Of a DNA stretch of 51,436 bases, positions 28,803 through 39,250 are shown one piece after another. This DNA comes from Thermoplasmatales archaeon. Its GTDB lineage: Archaea; Thermoplasmatota; E2; UBA202; JdFR-43. The position numbers and the translations under genes were made by a program. Under the pieces are notes generated by a model. The model made no database searches and was not told where the DNA came from. It worked only from the letters and a program-made list of their open reading frames with translations. Positions within the stretch are counted from its first letter, which is position 1, and the number at the start of each line of letters is the position of its first letter. Where the stretch lies: contig DRIF01000082.1 in assembly GCA_011052825.1 (NCBI GenBank), forward strand, positions 1 to 51,436, read 5' to 3'.

Positions 28803-29508
28803 AACAGGAATAGACAGAATAGACGAGCTTTTAAAGGGAGGTATACCTGTAAAGAGCAATGTCCTGATATATGCAACTCCGTTCATAGGGAAAGAGATAA
28901 TATTGAAGAGATTTGCACTTTCAGGGCTTGCTGAAGGAGATAGAATAATATTTGTTCTGACTGACAAACCTTTCAGAGATTTGAGTGAGGAAATGAGAAA
29001 ACTGGATGGAAGGTATGCTGAATATGAAAAAAATGGTTTGGTAAAGTTCATTGATGTATATTCTCCAAGTGTTGAATTAAAGGAGAAAAGCAAATGGGTT
29101 ACTTTCATCGACAGTCCAATAAACAGGGAAAGAATAGCATCTTCAGTTATACAAACAATGAGGGAAAAAGAAGGAAATTACAGGGTAATTTTCGATTCTC
29201 TCTCAACTCTTATTGTATATTCAGATGCAAAAGCTGTTTTCAGATTTTTGCAGGTATTGAGTGGTATGTGCAAAAGAATGAATGCAACCTCAATGTTCAG
29301 CATGACAAGAGGGATGCATGAGGAAATAGAGGTTCAAACAATAAAACATTTAATGGATGGAGTTATAGAATTGAGGGAGGAGGGAGCAAGACTCCAGCTC
29401 CGTGTTCAGGGATGCGGAGAAGTTATTTCCCGTCACTGGATTGATTATTTACTGGAGGAAGATGAAATACGACTTACTGGGGCTTTCAGAATGGGGAGAG
29501 TTGCTTAG
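28792..29508 (+). CDS. KaiC/RAD55-family single-domain protein with degenerate Walker A
   Basis: KTGIDRIDELLKGGIP, ATPFIGKE, VIFDSLSTL and HLMDGVIEL. Confidence 0.85.
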   Translation: MLAKTGIDRIDELLKGGIPVKSNVLIYATPFIGKEIILKRFALSGLAEGDRIIFVLTDKPFRDLSEEMRKLDGRYAEYEKNGLVKFIDVYSPSVELKEKSKWVTFIDSPINRERIASSVIQTMREKEGNYRVIFDSLSTLIVYSDAKAVFRFLQVLSGMCKRMNATSMFSMTRGMHEEIEVQTIKHLMDGVIELREEGARLQLRVQGCGEVISRHWIDYLLEEDEIRLTGAFRMGRVA

Positions 29509-29525
29509 ATTAGAAATTACTTAGA

Positions 29526-29909
29526 TTAGAAATTCGTTAAACTCAGTAAAAAAATAATTATAATTAAAATAAAAACAAGGGCAATTATTCCCAAAATTTT
29601 TACCATACTCCAATCATTTGAAAAAAATATTGGAATTGGTCCCAAAAGAATTATACCTCCTGCTTTTTTGTTTGTTTGTAAATCTTCTCCCAAAATTTTT
29701 ATTTCATCATCAAATTTTTCAGGAATGGAAAAAAGGAATATGGCTATTGATAAAAAAATTAGAATAATGCCTGCTAAACTCAAAATTCCACTTCCATAAA
29801 TAAATGGGAAGATTAAAAAAACTCCAGCTTTTGACTCGCCTTCTATAAAAGAAATTATCAGAAGTATAATGCCTAATACAAACAATAATTGAGAAATTTT
29901 ATTTCCCAT
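29526..29909 (-). CDS. DUF131-family membrane protein
   Basis: GVFLIFPF and GGIILLGPIPIFF motifs. Confidence 0.8.
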   Translation of the reverse strand: MGNKISQLLFVLGIILLIISFIEGESKAGVFLIFPFIYGSGILSLAGIILIFLSIAIFLFSIPEKFDDEIKILGEDLQTNKKAGGIILLGPIPIFFSNDWSMVKILGIIALVFILIIIIFLLSLTNF

Positions 29910-30765
29910 ATCTTCTCTGCCTCCTCTGATAGGATTGAATTGCCTTCAAAAAATCTGTTTTTTTGAATGCTGGCCAGTAAACATCTGCAAAATAAAGTTC
30001 AGAGTAAGCAAGTTGCCATAGTAAAAAATTTGATATTCTTTCCTCTCCCGAGGTTCTCAGCACCAGATCAGGATCTGGAATTGGAAGGTGAGATGTATAA
30101 AGATATGAAGAAAGAAGTTCCTTATCTATTTCATCTGGAGATATTTTTCCTTTTTCAACTTCTCTGACGATCTTTTTTAAGGCATCAATAATTTCTTCTC
30201 TTCCTCCATAACCTATTGCAATGTTAAAATAATACTCATCATAATCCTTTGTTTTTTCCATAACTTCTTCTGCTGCCCTTCTAACATTTTCAGGGAGCAG
30301 GTCAATTTGACCTATCACCTTTATTCTCACTTTCTTTTCCTTTATCTTTTCTTCATTTGCAAGTTTTTGTAAATCTTTTTCAAATAAATTCATTAGATGT
30401 TCAACTTCCTTTTTTGACCTTTTGAAATTATCTGTTGAAAATGCAAAAACAGTCAATATTTTTACACCAAGTTCGTAGCACCACTCAATAACCTCCCCAA
30501 GTTTATCCTTTCCCATTTCATGCCCTTTTTGAGGTGGCATTCCTTGCATAAGAGCATATCTCCTGTTTCCATCCATTATTATTGCAACATGTTTTGGAAT
30601 TGGATATCTGACCACTTCATCCATAATTTTTTTTGCAATTATTCTCTCCATTTCATCATATATAATTCTGAAAATTTTATTGTTTTTTATCTGATGTATC
30701 ACCTGTTTTGCAAAATTTGTTTCTATTGCAATGTCTCCTATTTTCTGGAGTTTTTTCTTGAACAT
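29899..30765 (-). CDS. uppS: cis-polyprenyl diphosphate synthase
   Basis: PKHVAIIMDGNRRY, FSTDNFKR and RTSGEERISNFLLWQ. Confidence 0.95.
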   Translation of the reverse strand: MFKKKLQKIGDIAIETNFAKQVIHQIKNNKIFRIIYDEMERIIAKKIMDEVVRYPIPKHVAIIMDGNRRYALMQGMPPQKGHEMGKDKLGEVIEWCYELGVKILTVFAFSTDNFKRSKKEVEHLMNLFEKDLQKLANEEKIKEKKVRIKVIGQIDLLPENVRRAAEEVMEKTKDYDEYYFNIAIGYGGREEIIDALKKIVREVEKGKISPDEIDKELLSSYLYTSHLPIPDPDLVLRTSGEERISNFLLWQLAYSELYFADVYWPAFKKTDFLKAIQSYQRRQRRYGK

Positions 30766-30863
30766 CTTCAATATTTATAATAAAAACTCTTTAAATAATT
30801 GATGTTTTTGTAAATTTAATGAGAAAAAGAGAGAAATGAAATTCAATGTTTTCTTTTTAATAC

Positions 30864-33800
30864 ATTTCAACCTTTATAGGTATCTATAAACTAGTTATGA
30901 AAAATATAAATTCATCATTTAAAACCAGTTTCAATCCCTTATAGGTATTCTATAAACTTAAAAAGAGAAAGCGAAACAGATGTAGAGATAGCACTGTTTC
31001 AATCCCTTATAGGTATTCTATAAACTTGCATTCCACCTTTTAATTTCATTATATAAATCCTTGTTTCAATCCCTTATAGGTATTCTATAAACTTATACAA
31101 TCACTGTTACATCTATTACCTTCACCGGTTTCAATCCCTTATAGGTATTCTATAAACTTAAAAAGAGAAAGCGAAACAGATGTAGAGATAGCACTGTTTC
31201 AATCCCTTATAGGTATTCTATAAACTTTTGTCTTTAGATACAAAATCTTTGATAAAATTCAGTTTCAATCCCTTATAGGTATTCTATAAACTTTATCGTA
31301 GAATTGGTAATTGGTGTTTCAGATATGTGTTTCAATCCCTTATAGGTATTCTATAAACATCTCCCTTGCAATCATTTCAATTTTGCTGATTTCAGTTTCA
31401 ATCCCTTATAGGTATTCTATAAACGTAGTATGCTGGACAGTATTGTAATCCATTTTCATCAGTTTCAATCCCTTATAGGTATTCTATAAACCAAGAGCTG
31501 GATAATTATTTTGGCATAGAGGATCCGGTTTCAATCCCTTATAGGTATTCTATAAACTTCGAGCCAATCCAGAGAATTCCATCCGAAGTCCAAGTTTCAA
31601 TCCCTTATAGGTATTCTATAAACTTACAGATGGTGCGTTTCCAACAAATTCACCTATATGTTTCAATCCCTTATAGGTATTCTATAAACAAAATATGGTC
31701 TTGAGGATGAACTGGACAGAGTGAAGTTTCAATCCCTTATAGGTATTCTATAAACCTATTAATTCCAGTAGTTTTAATGTATCAATTTTTTGTTTCAATC
31801 CCTTATAGGTATTCTATAAACCTATTAATTCCAGTAGTTTTAATGTATCAATTTTTTGTTTCAATCCCTTATAGGTATTCTATAAACCCTTCCTTTATCC
31901 ACTTTGCTAACGCCCGAAATGGAGTTTCAATCCCTTATAGGTATTCTATAAACTGATTGATCTGTCTGGCGATGGGGTGCTTCTATGAAGTTTCAATCCC
32001 TTATAGGTATTCTATAAACACCTGCCTTTAAAGTTTATCAGATTTTGGGAAGTGGTTTCAATCCCTTATAGGTATTCTATAAACTTTAAAAAAGAAGATT
32101 AAGATGACCTGCAGAATTTGGTTTCAATCCCTTATAGGTATTCTATAAACTACTTGGTAGACTATGTTACATCATATCTACCAGAGTTTCAATCCCTTAT
32201 AGGTATTCTATAAACTCTTCAGAAATAACACCAGTGCATGGCTCATATTCTCGTTTCAATCCCTTATAGGTATTCTATAAACTCCCCTTCTATTTTTGCA
32301 AGTGCTGGAAGCAAAATAGTTTCAATCCCTTATAGGTATTCTATAAACTTAACTATTGCAGGTATGGTTTTGATGCTTTTTTCCAGTTTCAATCCCTTAT
32401 AGGTATTCTATAAACCCAATAATGATGATTGGATATTAAGATGGCAACAGTGTTTCAATCCCTTATAGGTATTCTATAAACTGCCTCCTTCCTCCTTTGC
32501 TTTTTTTATCTTTGCTTTGTTTCAATCCCTTATAGGTATTCTATAAACTCATTTTCTTACCAAAAATATCTCCTATATCCACCTTGTTTCAATCCCTTAT
32601 AGGTATTCTATAAACGTTTTGTCTTCTGATGTTAAATAGCGAGATAAGTCAGTTTCAATCCCTTATAGGTATTCTATAAACGTACTGTTACAGACGTGTT
32701 ACCATACAAAGAAGAAAAGTTTCAATCCCTTATAGGTATTCTATAAACACAACTCTTTAATAGTTCCCAAAAAACCTTTTTTAGGTTTCAATCCCTTATA
32801 GGTATTCTATAAACACCGTAGAGCTTGCATAAGTGCCCGTATCATCATCAGTTTCAATCCCTTATAGGTATTCTATAAACGCATTTAATGACGATGCTCT
32901 TGCAATACCTATACGAGTTTCAATCCCTTATAGGTATTCTATAAACTCATCAAGTTGTGTGAGTGTTCCATCATCAGTTCTAGTTTCAATCCCTTATAGG
33001 TATTCTATAAACCCTCCACCATTATATGAAACATTTATTTTCATTTGAGTTTCAATCCCTTATAGGTATTCTATAAACTATAATTTGGTGGTGGTGGTTT
33101 ACCTCTTATTAATTCGTTTCAATCCCTTATAGGTATTCTATAAACTATTTTGTTGTTAAATTGCCAGAGGGTTCATATATTAGTTTCAATCCCTTATAGG
33201 TATTCTATAAACCCTCCTGCCCCGTATGGAATTGCTGGAAAAATTTTAAGTTTCAATCCCTTATAGGTATTCTATAAACTGATTTACTATAAAAATAATC
33301 AATAGCCATTTCTCTGTTTCAATCCCTTATAGGTATTCTATAAACTTTTGATATATTTCGGAATATCATTATTTGTTTCTAGTTTCAATCCCTTATAGGT
33401 ATTCTATAAACTTACAACGATGCAGGAAGGTTTACCGACAATTGAGAGTTTCAATCCCTTATAGGTATTCTATAAACTTTAGGAGAAGTAGGAAAAGCAA
33501 TATCTGTGATTTTGTTTCAATCCCTTATAGGTATTCTATAAACACATTGCTACAACAAAGACAATAACAAGTATTATGAGTTTCAATCCCTTATAGGTAT
33601 TCTATAAACGCAATATATTGAAGCAGAATGGAATGGATTATCCTAGTTTCAATCCCTTATAGGTATTCTATAAACTTTTATTGATGAAAGCACAGATCCA
33701 GATGGATATAGTTTCAATCCCTTATAGGTATTCTATAAACGCTTTTTGCCATGTATATTTGTCTTTTGCTCGTATGTTTCAATCCCTTATAGGTATTCTA

Positions 33801-34863
33801 TAAACGAACTTGATACAACATTGTTAGCTTCATCAACTACAGTTTCAATCCCTTATAGGTATTCTATAAACATAAGTGCATAAAAATTATCACTTGTAGA
33901 AATATTGTTTCAATCCCTTATAGGTATTCTATAAACACATATCATTAATAGTGAATGATAATCTTAATTGGTGTTTCAATCCCTTATAGGTATTCTATAA
34001 ACCCTGCTCTTCTTCTTATTCTGCTTTTATATAGTATGGTTTCAATCCCTTATAGGTATTCTATAAACGATTTGATAAAAAGAATTGATGAAGCGATAAA
34101 ATAAAGTTTCAATCCCTTATAGGTATTCTATAAACCTACCTGTTCCCGATGAAACTCCTGTATAAAGAAGAGTTTCAATCCCTTATAGGTATTCTATAAA
34201 CATTATGCGATTGTTCCAGAAAAAATCAGCATAGATGGGTTTCAATCCCTTATAGGTATTCTATAAACTTTTAACTTATTTATACTGATTGCTGAGACAT
34301 TATCGTTTCAATCCCTTATAGGTATTCTATAAACCTTTGATTTCTTTTCCAATATCCCCTACTCTCAGCAGTTTCAATCCCTTATAGGTATTCTATAAAC
34401 TCTTCCCATTTTTGCTGTCTGATATCTATTATTTTGGTTTCAATCCCTTATAGGTATTCTATAAACTTGATAAATTGAATTTCCATCTCCATCATAAAAT
34501 GAAGTTTCAATCCCTTATAGGTATTCTATAAACTTTTGTCAGGGTGACAGATGGCAAAGTTTTTCAAATGTTTCAATCCCTTATAGGTATTCTATAAACT
34601 TTACAATAGTTCCTGAAGTAAATCCAGCAGAAGAAGTTTCAATCCCTTATAGGTATTCTATAAACGGAATTGAAAATATATTCTCTATAATCTGTTACTT
34701 CAGTTTCAATCCCTTATAGGTATTCTATAAACCCATCCCCTCTGAGGAGGTGAACAATGCAGACATAGTTTCAATCCCTTATAGGTATTCTATAAACTCT
34801 CCATTGCTTACATCTGTTGCCCCTGAATTTCCAGTTTCAATCCCTTATAGGTATTCTATAAAC
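30864..34863 (-). CRISPR. CRISPR array: 60 intact 30-bp repeats + 1 degenerate trailer repeat, 60 spacers of about 35-38 bp (manual count)
   Basis: Repeat GTTTATAGAATACCTATAAGGGATTGAAAC on the minus strand (ends in ATTGAAAC); degenerate copy at 30864-30891 is distal from cas2. Confidence 0.98.
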
Positions 34864-35006
34864 TCGTTCACTCAGGTGTTCTTATCTTTAAATTTTATCG
34901 AGTTTTAATAGTTATCGTAGTAAAAAAGGCACATTTTAACACTTTTCTCTTAAAAATTTTCGTCTATCCTTCTAATATTTTGCACTATTGTAATTCGACG
35001 GAGAAA
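34864..35006 (-). promoter_or_regulatory. CRISPR leader
   Basis: AT-rich non-coding stretch between cas2 and the first intact repeat, with an imperfect CGTCGA...TAGACG inverted motif (34961-35000). Confidence 0.8.
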
Positions 35007-35285
35007 CTATATAATCATTTCTTCTCCGCCTTTTTGAATCCCCATAACCTCTCTTTTTGTATATTTGGTGGTTCTCATTATGTAAAATACAATCGAATCC
35101 TCTTCCGGATTAATCGTTTCTTTAAGCTCCAATTTTAATTTAGCAAAGCCTACATCTGAAATCTCTCCCTCCAACACTGAATTTTGAATCCAATTAAGAT
35201 ATTTTCTTGCAATCTTGAGAACCTTATTTACTCTTTTCTCACTTATATCATAAACCATTATGAGATATATTTTACCACCTCGCAA
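35007..35285 (-). CDS. cas2: CRISPR-associated Cas2
   Basis: YLIMVYDI...WIQNSVLEG; start uncertain (TTG 35285 or ATA 35270). Confidence 0.95.
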   Translation of the reverse strand: MRGGKIYLIMVYDISEKRVNKVLKIARKYLNWIQNSVLEGEISDVGFAKLKLELKETINPEEDSIVFYIMRTTKYTKREVMGIQKGGEEMII

Positions 35286-36273
35286 TGAAGGGCTTGTATT
35301 TTTCTTCTTCCATCAAATGTTTCTGCAACTTATATAATTCCATTCTTATAAGGCGACGATAAGACACATTTCTTCCTAGCTTATCATGTTTTATTGTTGA
35401 TTTTAGTTTATTTTCAAATTCTCTTACAAAAATAGTTCTTCCTTTTTCATTTAAATACACTTTGTTTAATTCTTTCATAAAATGTTCATCCCCTAGCATT
35501 TCCTTATTTAGCAAGTAAAATATAGTTCTGTCTACAATAATGGGTTTAAATACCTCAGCTATATCCAAGTTTAAGGTAAATCTTCTGAAATTTGTTGCAT
35601 GCAAAAAACCTATGCGTGGGTCTAAATGTGTTTTATATACCTCTCCTAATACAACAGTATACAACAAACCATTTCCAAAACTTATTAGCGTATTTATTCT
35701 TGTTTTGGGTGGTCTTTTACTCCTTTTATCAAAAACAAATTTCTCGCTTTTTATAATTTCGTTAAATGCTTCGTAGTAACAATTTCTTATGTTACCTTCG
35801 ATTGCCATTAACTTTTCTATTGTGTATTGAAGAGAAACCTCTCTTTGCAATTCCTCAATATTCTCTATATACTTATTTAGAGAAACACTACGAGCATTAT
35901 AGTATTTTAAAACGCGGAGCATGTTTGCTATTGCTCCTTCCACAAATTTTCTCGCAAGTTCCAATCTTTTCTCTTTATCCAAATAATATTCAGCTTGTTT
36001 TAAAATCATGTATCCAGAATTATAATGCTCTCTTGGATAATAACTTCCAACATAATATCCATAGTAATTAAAAAAATGGAGTATAATTTCTTGTTGAGAT
36101 AAAAATTCCAGCAATTTTTTATTTATAGTAACTTCTCCAAAAATCATAAATTCAGCCACATTTTCTACAGGTAAATATTTCCTTCCCTTTTCTCCTTCAA
36201 AATATAAGGTATTTTGTTGCCTTTTCAACTCACCGTTTGAAAATATATAAATTGTTCTTTTCATTTTACTCAC
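35272..36273 (-). CDS. cas1: CRISPR-associated Cas1 (type I-B)
   Basis: HFFNYYGYY.GS, R..RPP...N.LISFGN, LDP.IGFLH and LDIAEVFKP. Confidence 0.97.
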   Translation of the reverse strand: MSKMKRTIYIFSNGELKRQQNTLYFEGEKGRKYLPVENVAEFMIFGEVTINKKLLEFLSQQEIILHFFNYYGYYVGSYYPREHYNSGYMILKQAEYYLDKEKRLELARKFVEGAIANMLRVLKYYNARSVSLNKYIENIEELQREVSLQYTIEKLMAIEGNIRNCYYEAFNEIIKSEKFVFDKRSKRPPKTRINTLISFGNGLLYTVVLGEVYKTHLDPRIGFLHATNFRRFTLNLDIAEVFKPIIVDRTIFYLLNKEMLGDEHFMKELNKVYLNEKGRTIFVREFENKLKSTIKHDKLGRNVSYRRLIRMELYKLQKHLMEEEKYKPFIARW

Positions 36274-36768
36274 CTATGCCCAACAAAAATATCGGTATGC
36301 ACATTTTCTACAATATTTTGTTTTTCTTGGTGGAGGTGGTTTTTCTTTAGCAATAATTTTTTTAATGTGTTCAACTGTTTTCTCAATTTCCTTTTCCAAT
36401 TCTTCATTTAATTCTATCCTAATTCTTTTCTTTTCCTTTGGTATAAGCAATTCACCCTTTGCTTCTATTCCCATTCTTTTTAGTTTATACAGATAATAAG
36501 CTAATTGCATTTTTGCAGATAATTCAAATCTAGATGATTTCTTTACTTCGCAAATGATATAGTCATTTTCTCCTCTTTTCAATAAATCCAACTTCATTCC
36601 ATTCAAAGAAATTTCCCTCTTCTCCCTTTTATATGCATATTCATGAAATATTCTTCCTAGTTCTACTAAAGGATTATCTTGCTCAGGATTTATCTCATGA
36701 GCCATAAGCCAAACTTCTCTGAGGCAGATGTAGTAGTACCATATTAGGGTAGGAATTATAGAGGACAT
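36274..36768 (-). CDS. cas4: CRISPR-associated Cas4
   Basis: YY.C.RE.W, D...EVKKS, QL.YY and C..CAY...C. Confidence 0.95.
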   Translation of the reverse strand: MSSIIPTLIWYYYICLREVWLMAHEINPEQDNPLVELGRIFHEYAYKREKREISLNGMKLDLLKRGENDYIICEVKKSSRFELSAKMQLAYYLYKLKRMGIEAKGELLIPKEKKRIRIELNEELEKEIEKTVEHIKKIIAKEKPPPPRKTKYCRKCAYRYFCWA

Positions 36769-36769
36769 T

Positions 36770-39250
36770 TTAAATTATTAATGCGTTATCTTTAAGATAT
36801 CTATATCCTGTCTCGATATCATACCCTTCTTTGGTTACATATCCCAGATATGGCTCCACTAAAGATTTTTCTGCTTTTTTCTTATCTACTGAGATGATAT
36901 AGTTATAAAATTCTTTTTTCATTCTCAGGAGTTCCTCCCTTCTTTTAAGTCTGTTCTCTATTTCTTTTATCTTCTTGTATTCCTTCCATATCTTTTTCGC
37001 ATTATCATCTATTTCTACAAATACATCAATTTTTTGGTATTCTTCTTTTATAAGTTTAAATTCAGCAATTTCCGAAAACTTTAACCATCTCATTGCATTG
37101 ATTTTGTCTTTAGATGGGTCATTGCTACCTCTTTCTAAAATTCTTTCGAAATAACTTGTGACAAGTCCAACGAAATCTTTTTCCTCGATTATTTTACCTT
37201 TTTTAATTAATATTTGTTCTAATATATCCGTAGTTGCGCCAATTAAAGTACTATCGTAAATACGAGAAAATCTTTTATTTTTGTTATTTTCATCTATTAA
37301 ATTAACAATTTTACATATTCCCTTCTCTCTTTTCTCATTGTTTCTATTGCATCTCCCACCAGTCTGGATAACGCAGTCGAGTGGTGCTAAATCTCTATAA
37401 ATAATGTCAACACTGATATCAACTCCTGCCTCTATTAGTTGTGTTGTAATTATTATTTTTCTTTTATTTTTCTCCGTCTTTATCTTTTTTATTCTTTCTA
37501 ATCTATGAAAAGGCAATATATGGGTCGAAAGATTTACAAGCATTGTTTGTTTAAATTCTGCTATTCCTTCTTCACCAACTTTTGACTTACCATACTCCTT
37601 TTCTAGTTCTTTTCTTAAGAATTTATACAATTCCTTTGACGAATCTATTGTATTTACAACAACCATTATATCTTTGTTTTCATTATTTAATATTTGTCGT
37701 AGGATTTCGTTCTTGAAATCCTCAAAACTCTTTTCCTTCAATTCGATTACATATTTCGATCTTTTAAATTCTTTAAAATATTTTTCCTTATCTTTTATTA
37801 GAGGCTTGATCTCGTTCTCTCTAAAAATGAAGGGTTGCGTTGCCGTTATTAAAATAATCCAACAATTATATTCATATGCTAAATATTTCAAAGATTCTCT
37901 TATCAAAAGCCAATATTCGTAGGGAATAGACTGTACTTCGTCTAAAATAATTATGCTATTTATCATGTTATGAAATTTTCTTGCTGCTCTATTCCTATTT
38001 GTAATTAAACTATGGAAAAACTGGATAAAGGTTGTAATTATTATCTCTGAATGCCAACCTTCTATTAATAATAAAGATTTCCATACATCTCTTTCTAAAT
38101 CTTCATTCTGTGTTCTATACCTAATATCTATAAGGTGATGATGTTTTAAGAGTAAATCAGAAGGTATTGCATATTCAAGTTTCTCCATTACTTCTTTTTT
38201 CCCCATTCTAAACAATTTTTCCCATAAGATGCCGGCTTGTTCAGCCAAAACTTCAGCCAAAACTTCAGCATTTTGCTCAATGATGCTTAAAAATGGGAGA
38301 GAATAAATAATTCTTGGTATGAAGTTTTGTTTATCTTTTATTATTTCTCTTAATTTGAGTGCAAAAGAAAAAGCTGTTAATGTCTTTCCGCAACCAGTAG
38401 GCAACTCTATCGAAAATATTCTATCCATTTCCAAATCTATATGCTTTAGATTTGAAATAACTTCATTATATGCTTTATCTCTCAAAATATCTATGTTTGC
38501 AATAGGCTTCCCAAATTTTATTTTTTTATACCTATCAACTAAATCTGATGGAATATTTTTCCATCTTCTTCTGAGAACTGATTCTCCAGTATCAGAGGCA
38601 TCCAGCTTATCCGCATCTAACAAAACAGAATAAAAAAATAAAACGAAAAAGTAGTTTTTTAGTTTTCCCTCCATTACTAATTCCTCACCTTTTTCTTTTA
38701 TTTCTTTACAAATATCATCAAATTCATCAAAAAATTCTTCCAAATTTATTTCAATTGGGCTCAAATCCTTGTATATGGCCTCTATTTCATCAAGATGATT
38801 TTGTTTTATATCTCTTATTTGTTCTTTTTCTACCTCTATCTCATCTAATTCATCTAATTCTCCTTGTGTACCCATCAAGTCCATGATATCGCTATGATGT
38901 TTCGTTATCACAAGCCATGCTATCAAAGCGATATCATTTGGAATGTTTTTCCATTCTAGATACTTCTTTACCAAAAAATATCCAAAAATTGAGGATAATT
39001 TCCCATGATAAGCTTTTTTTGTTTTTTTACCTTTTTCAAGATATTCTTGAAAATATGTTGTGGCTTTTGCAAAGTCATGAGAAATTCCTATCAGATAAGC
39101 AATTTCTGCAAATAATTTTTGGTTTTTGATTTTTTTACCTAATATAATTTTTTTAGATATCTCTCCAACGTTCTTTAAATGTCTATAAAGTATTTTGTAG
39201 TCAGTGTCATTTTTATGAGATTTTAATTTAAAAAAATGAAACATTGACAT
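36770..39250 (-). CDS. cas3: Cas3 HD nuclease/helicase
   Basis: HDFAK, HH, LLDADK, PTGCGKT, DEVQ, TAT and Q.GGRCNR. Confidence 0.96.
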   Translation of the reverse strand: MSMFHFFKLKSHKNDTDYKILYRHLKNVGEISKKIILGKKIKNQKLFAEIAYLIGISHDFAKATTYFQEYLEKGKKTKKAYHGKLSSIFGYFLVKKYLEWKNIPNDIALIAWLVITKHHSDIMDLMGTQGELDELDEIEVEKEQIRDIKQNHLDEIEAIYKDLSPIEINLEEFFDEFDDICKEIKEKGEELVMEGKLKNYFFVLFFYSVLLDADKLDASDTGESVLRRRWKNIPSDLVDRYKKIKFGKPIANIDILRDKAYNEVISNLKHIDLEMDRIFSIELPTGCGKTLTAFSFALKLREIIKDKQNFIPRIIYSLPFLSIIEQNAEVLAEVLAEQAGILWEKLFRMGKKEVMEKLEYAIPSDLLLKHHHLIDIRYRTQNEDLERDVWKSLLLIEGWHSEIIITTFIQFFHSLITNRNRAARKFHNMINSIIILDEVQSIPYEYWLLIRESLKYLAYEYNCWIILITATQPFIFRENEIKPLIKDKEKYFKEFKRSKYVIELKEKSFEDFKNEILRQILNNENKDIMVVVNTIDSSKELYKFLRKELEKEYGKSKVGEEGIAEFKQTMLVNLSTHILPFHRLERIKKIKTEKNKRKIIITTQLIEAGVDISVDIIYRDLAPLDCVIQTGGRCNRNNEKREKGICKIVNLIDENNKNKRFSRIYDSTLIGATTDILEQILIKKGKIIEEKDFVGLVTSYFERILERGSNDPSKDKINAMRWLKFSEIAEFKLIKEEYQKIDVFVEIDDNAKKIWKEYKKIKEIENRLKRREELLRMKKEFYNYIISVDKKKAEKSLVEPYLGYVTKEGYDIETGYRYLKDNALII

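Noticed and set aside
27642..29508. Circadian clock (KaiABC)
   Set aside because: Single degenerate KaiC-like domains, with no KaiA/KaiB and no tandem CI-CII architecture.
32151..32185. Spacer with internal hairpin TGGTAGA...TCTACCA
   Set aside because: One 7-bp stem among 60 spacers may be chance.
32833..33567. ORFs with repeated VSIPYRYSIN peptides
   Set aside because: These are translations of CRISPR repeats, not genes.
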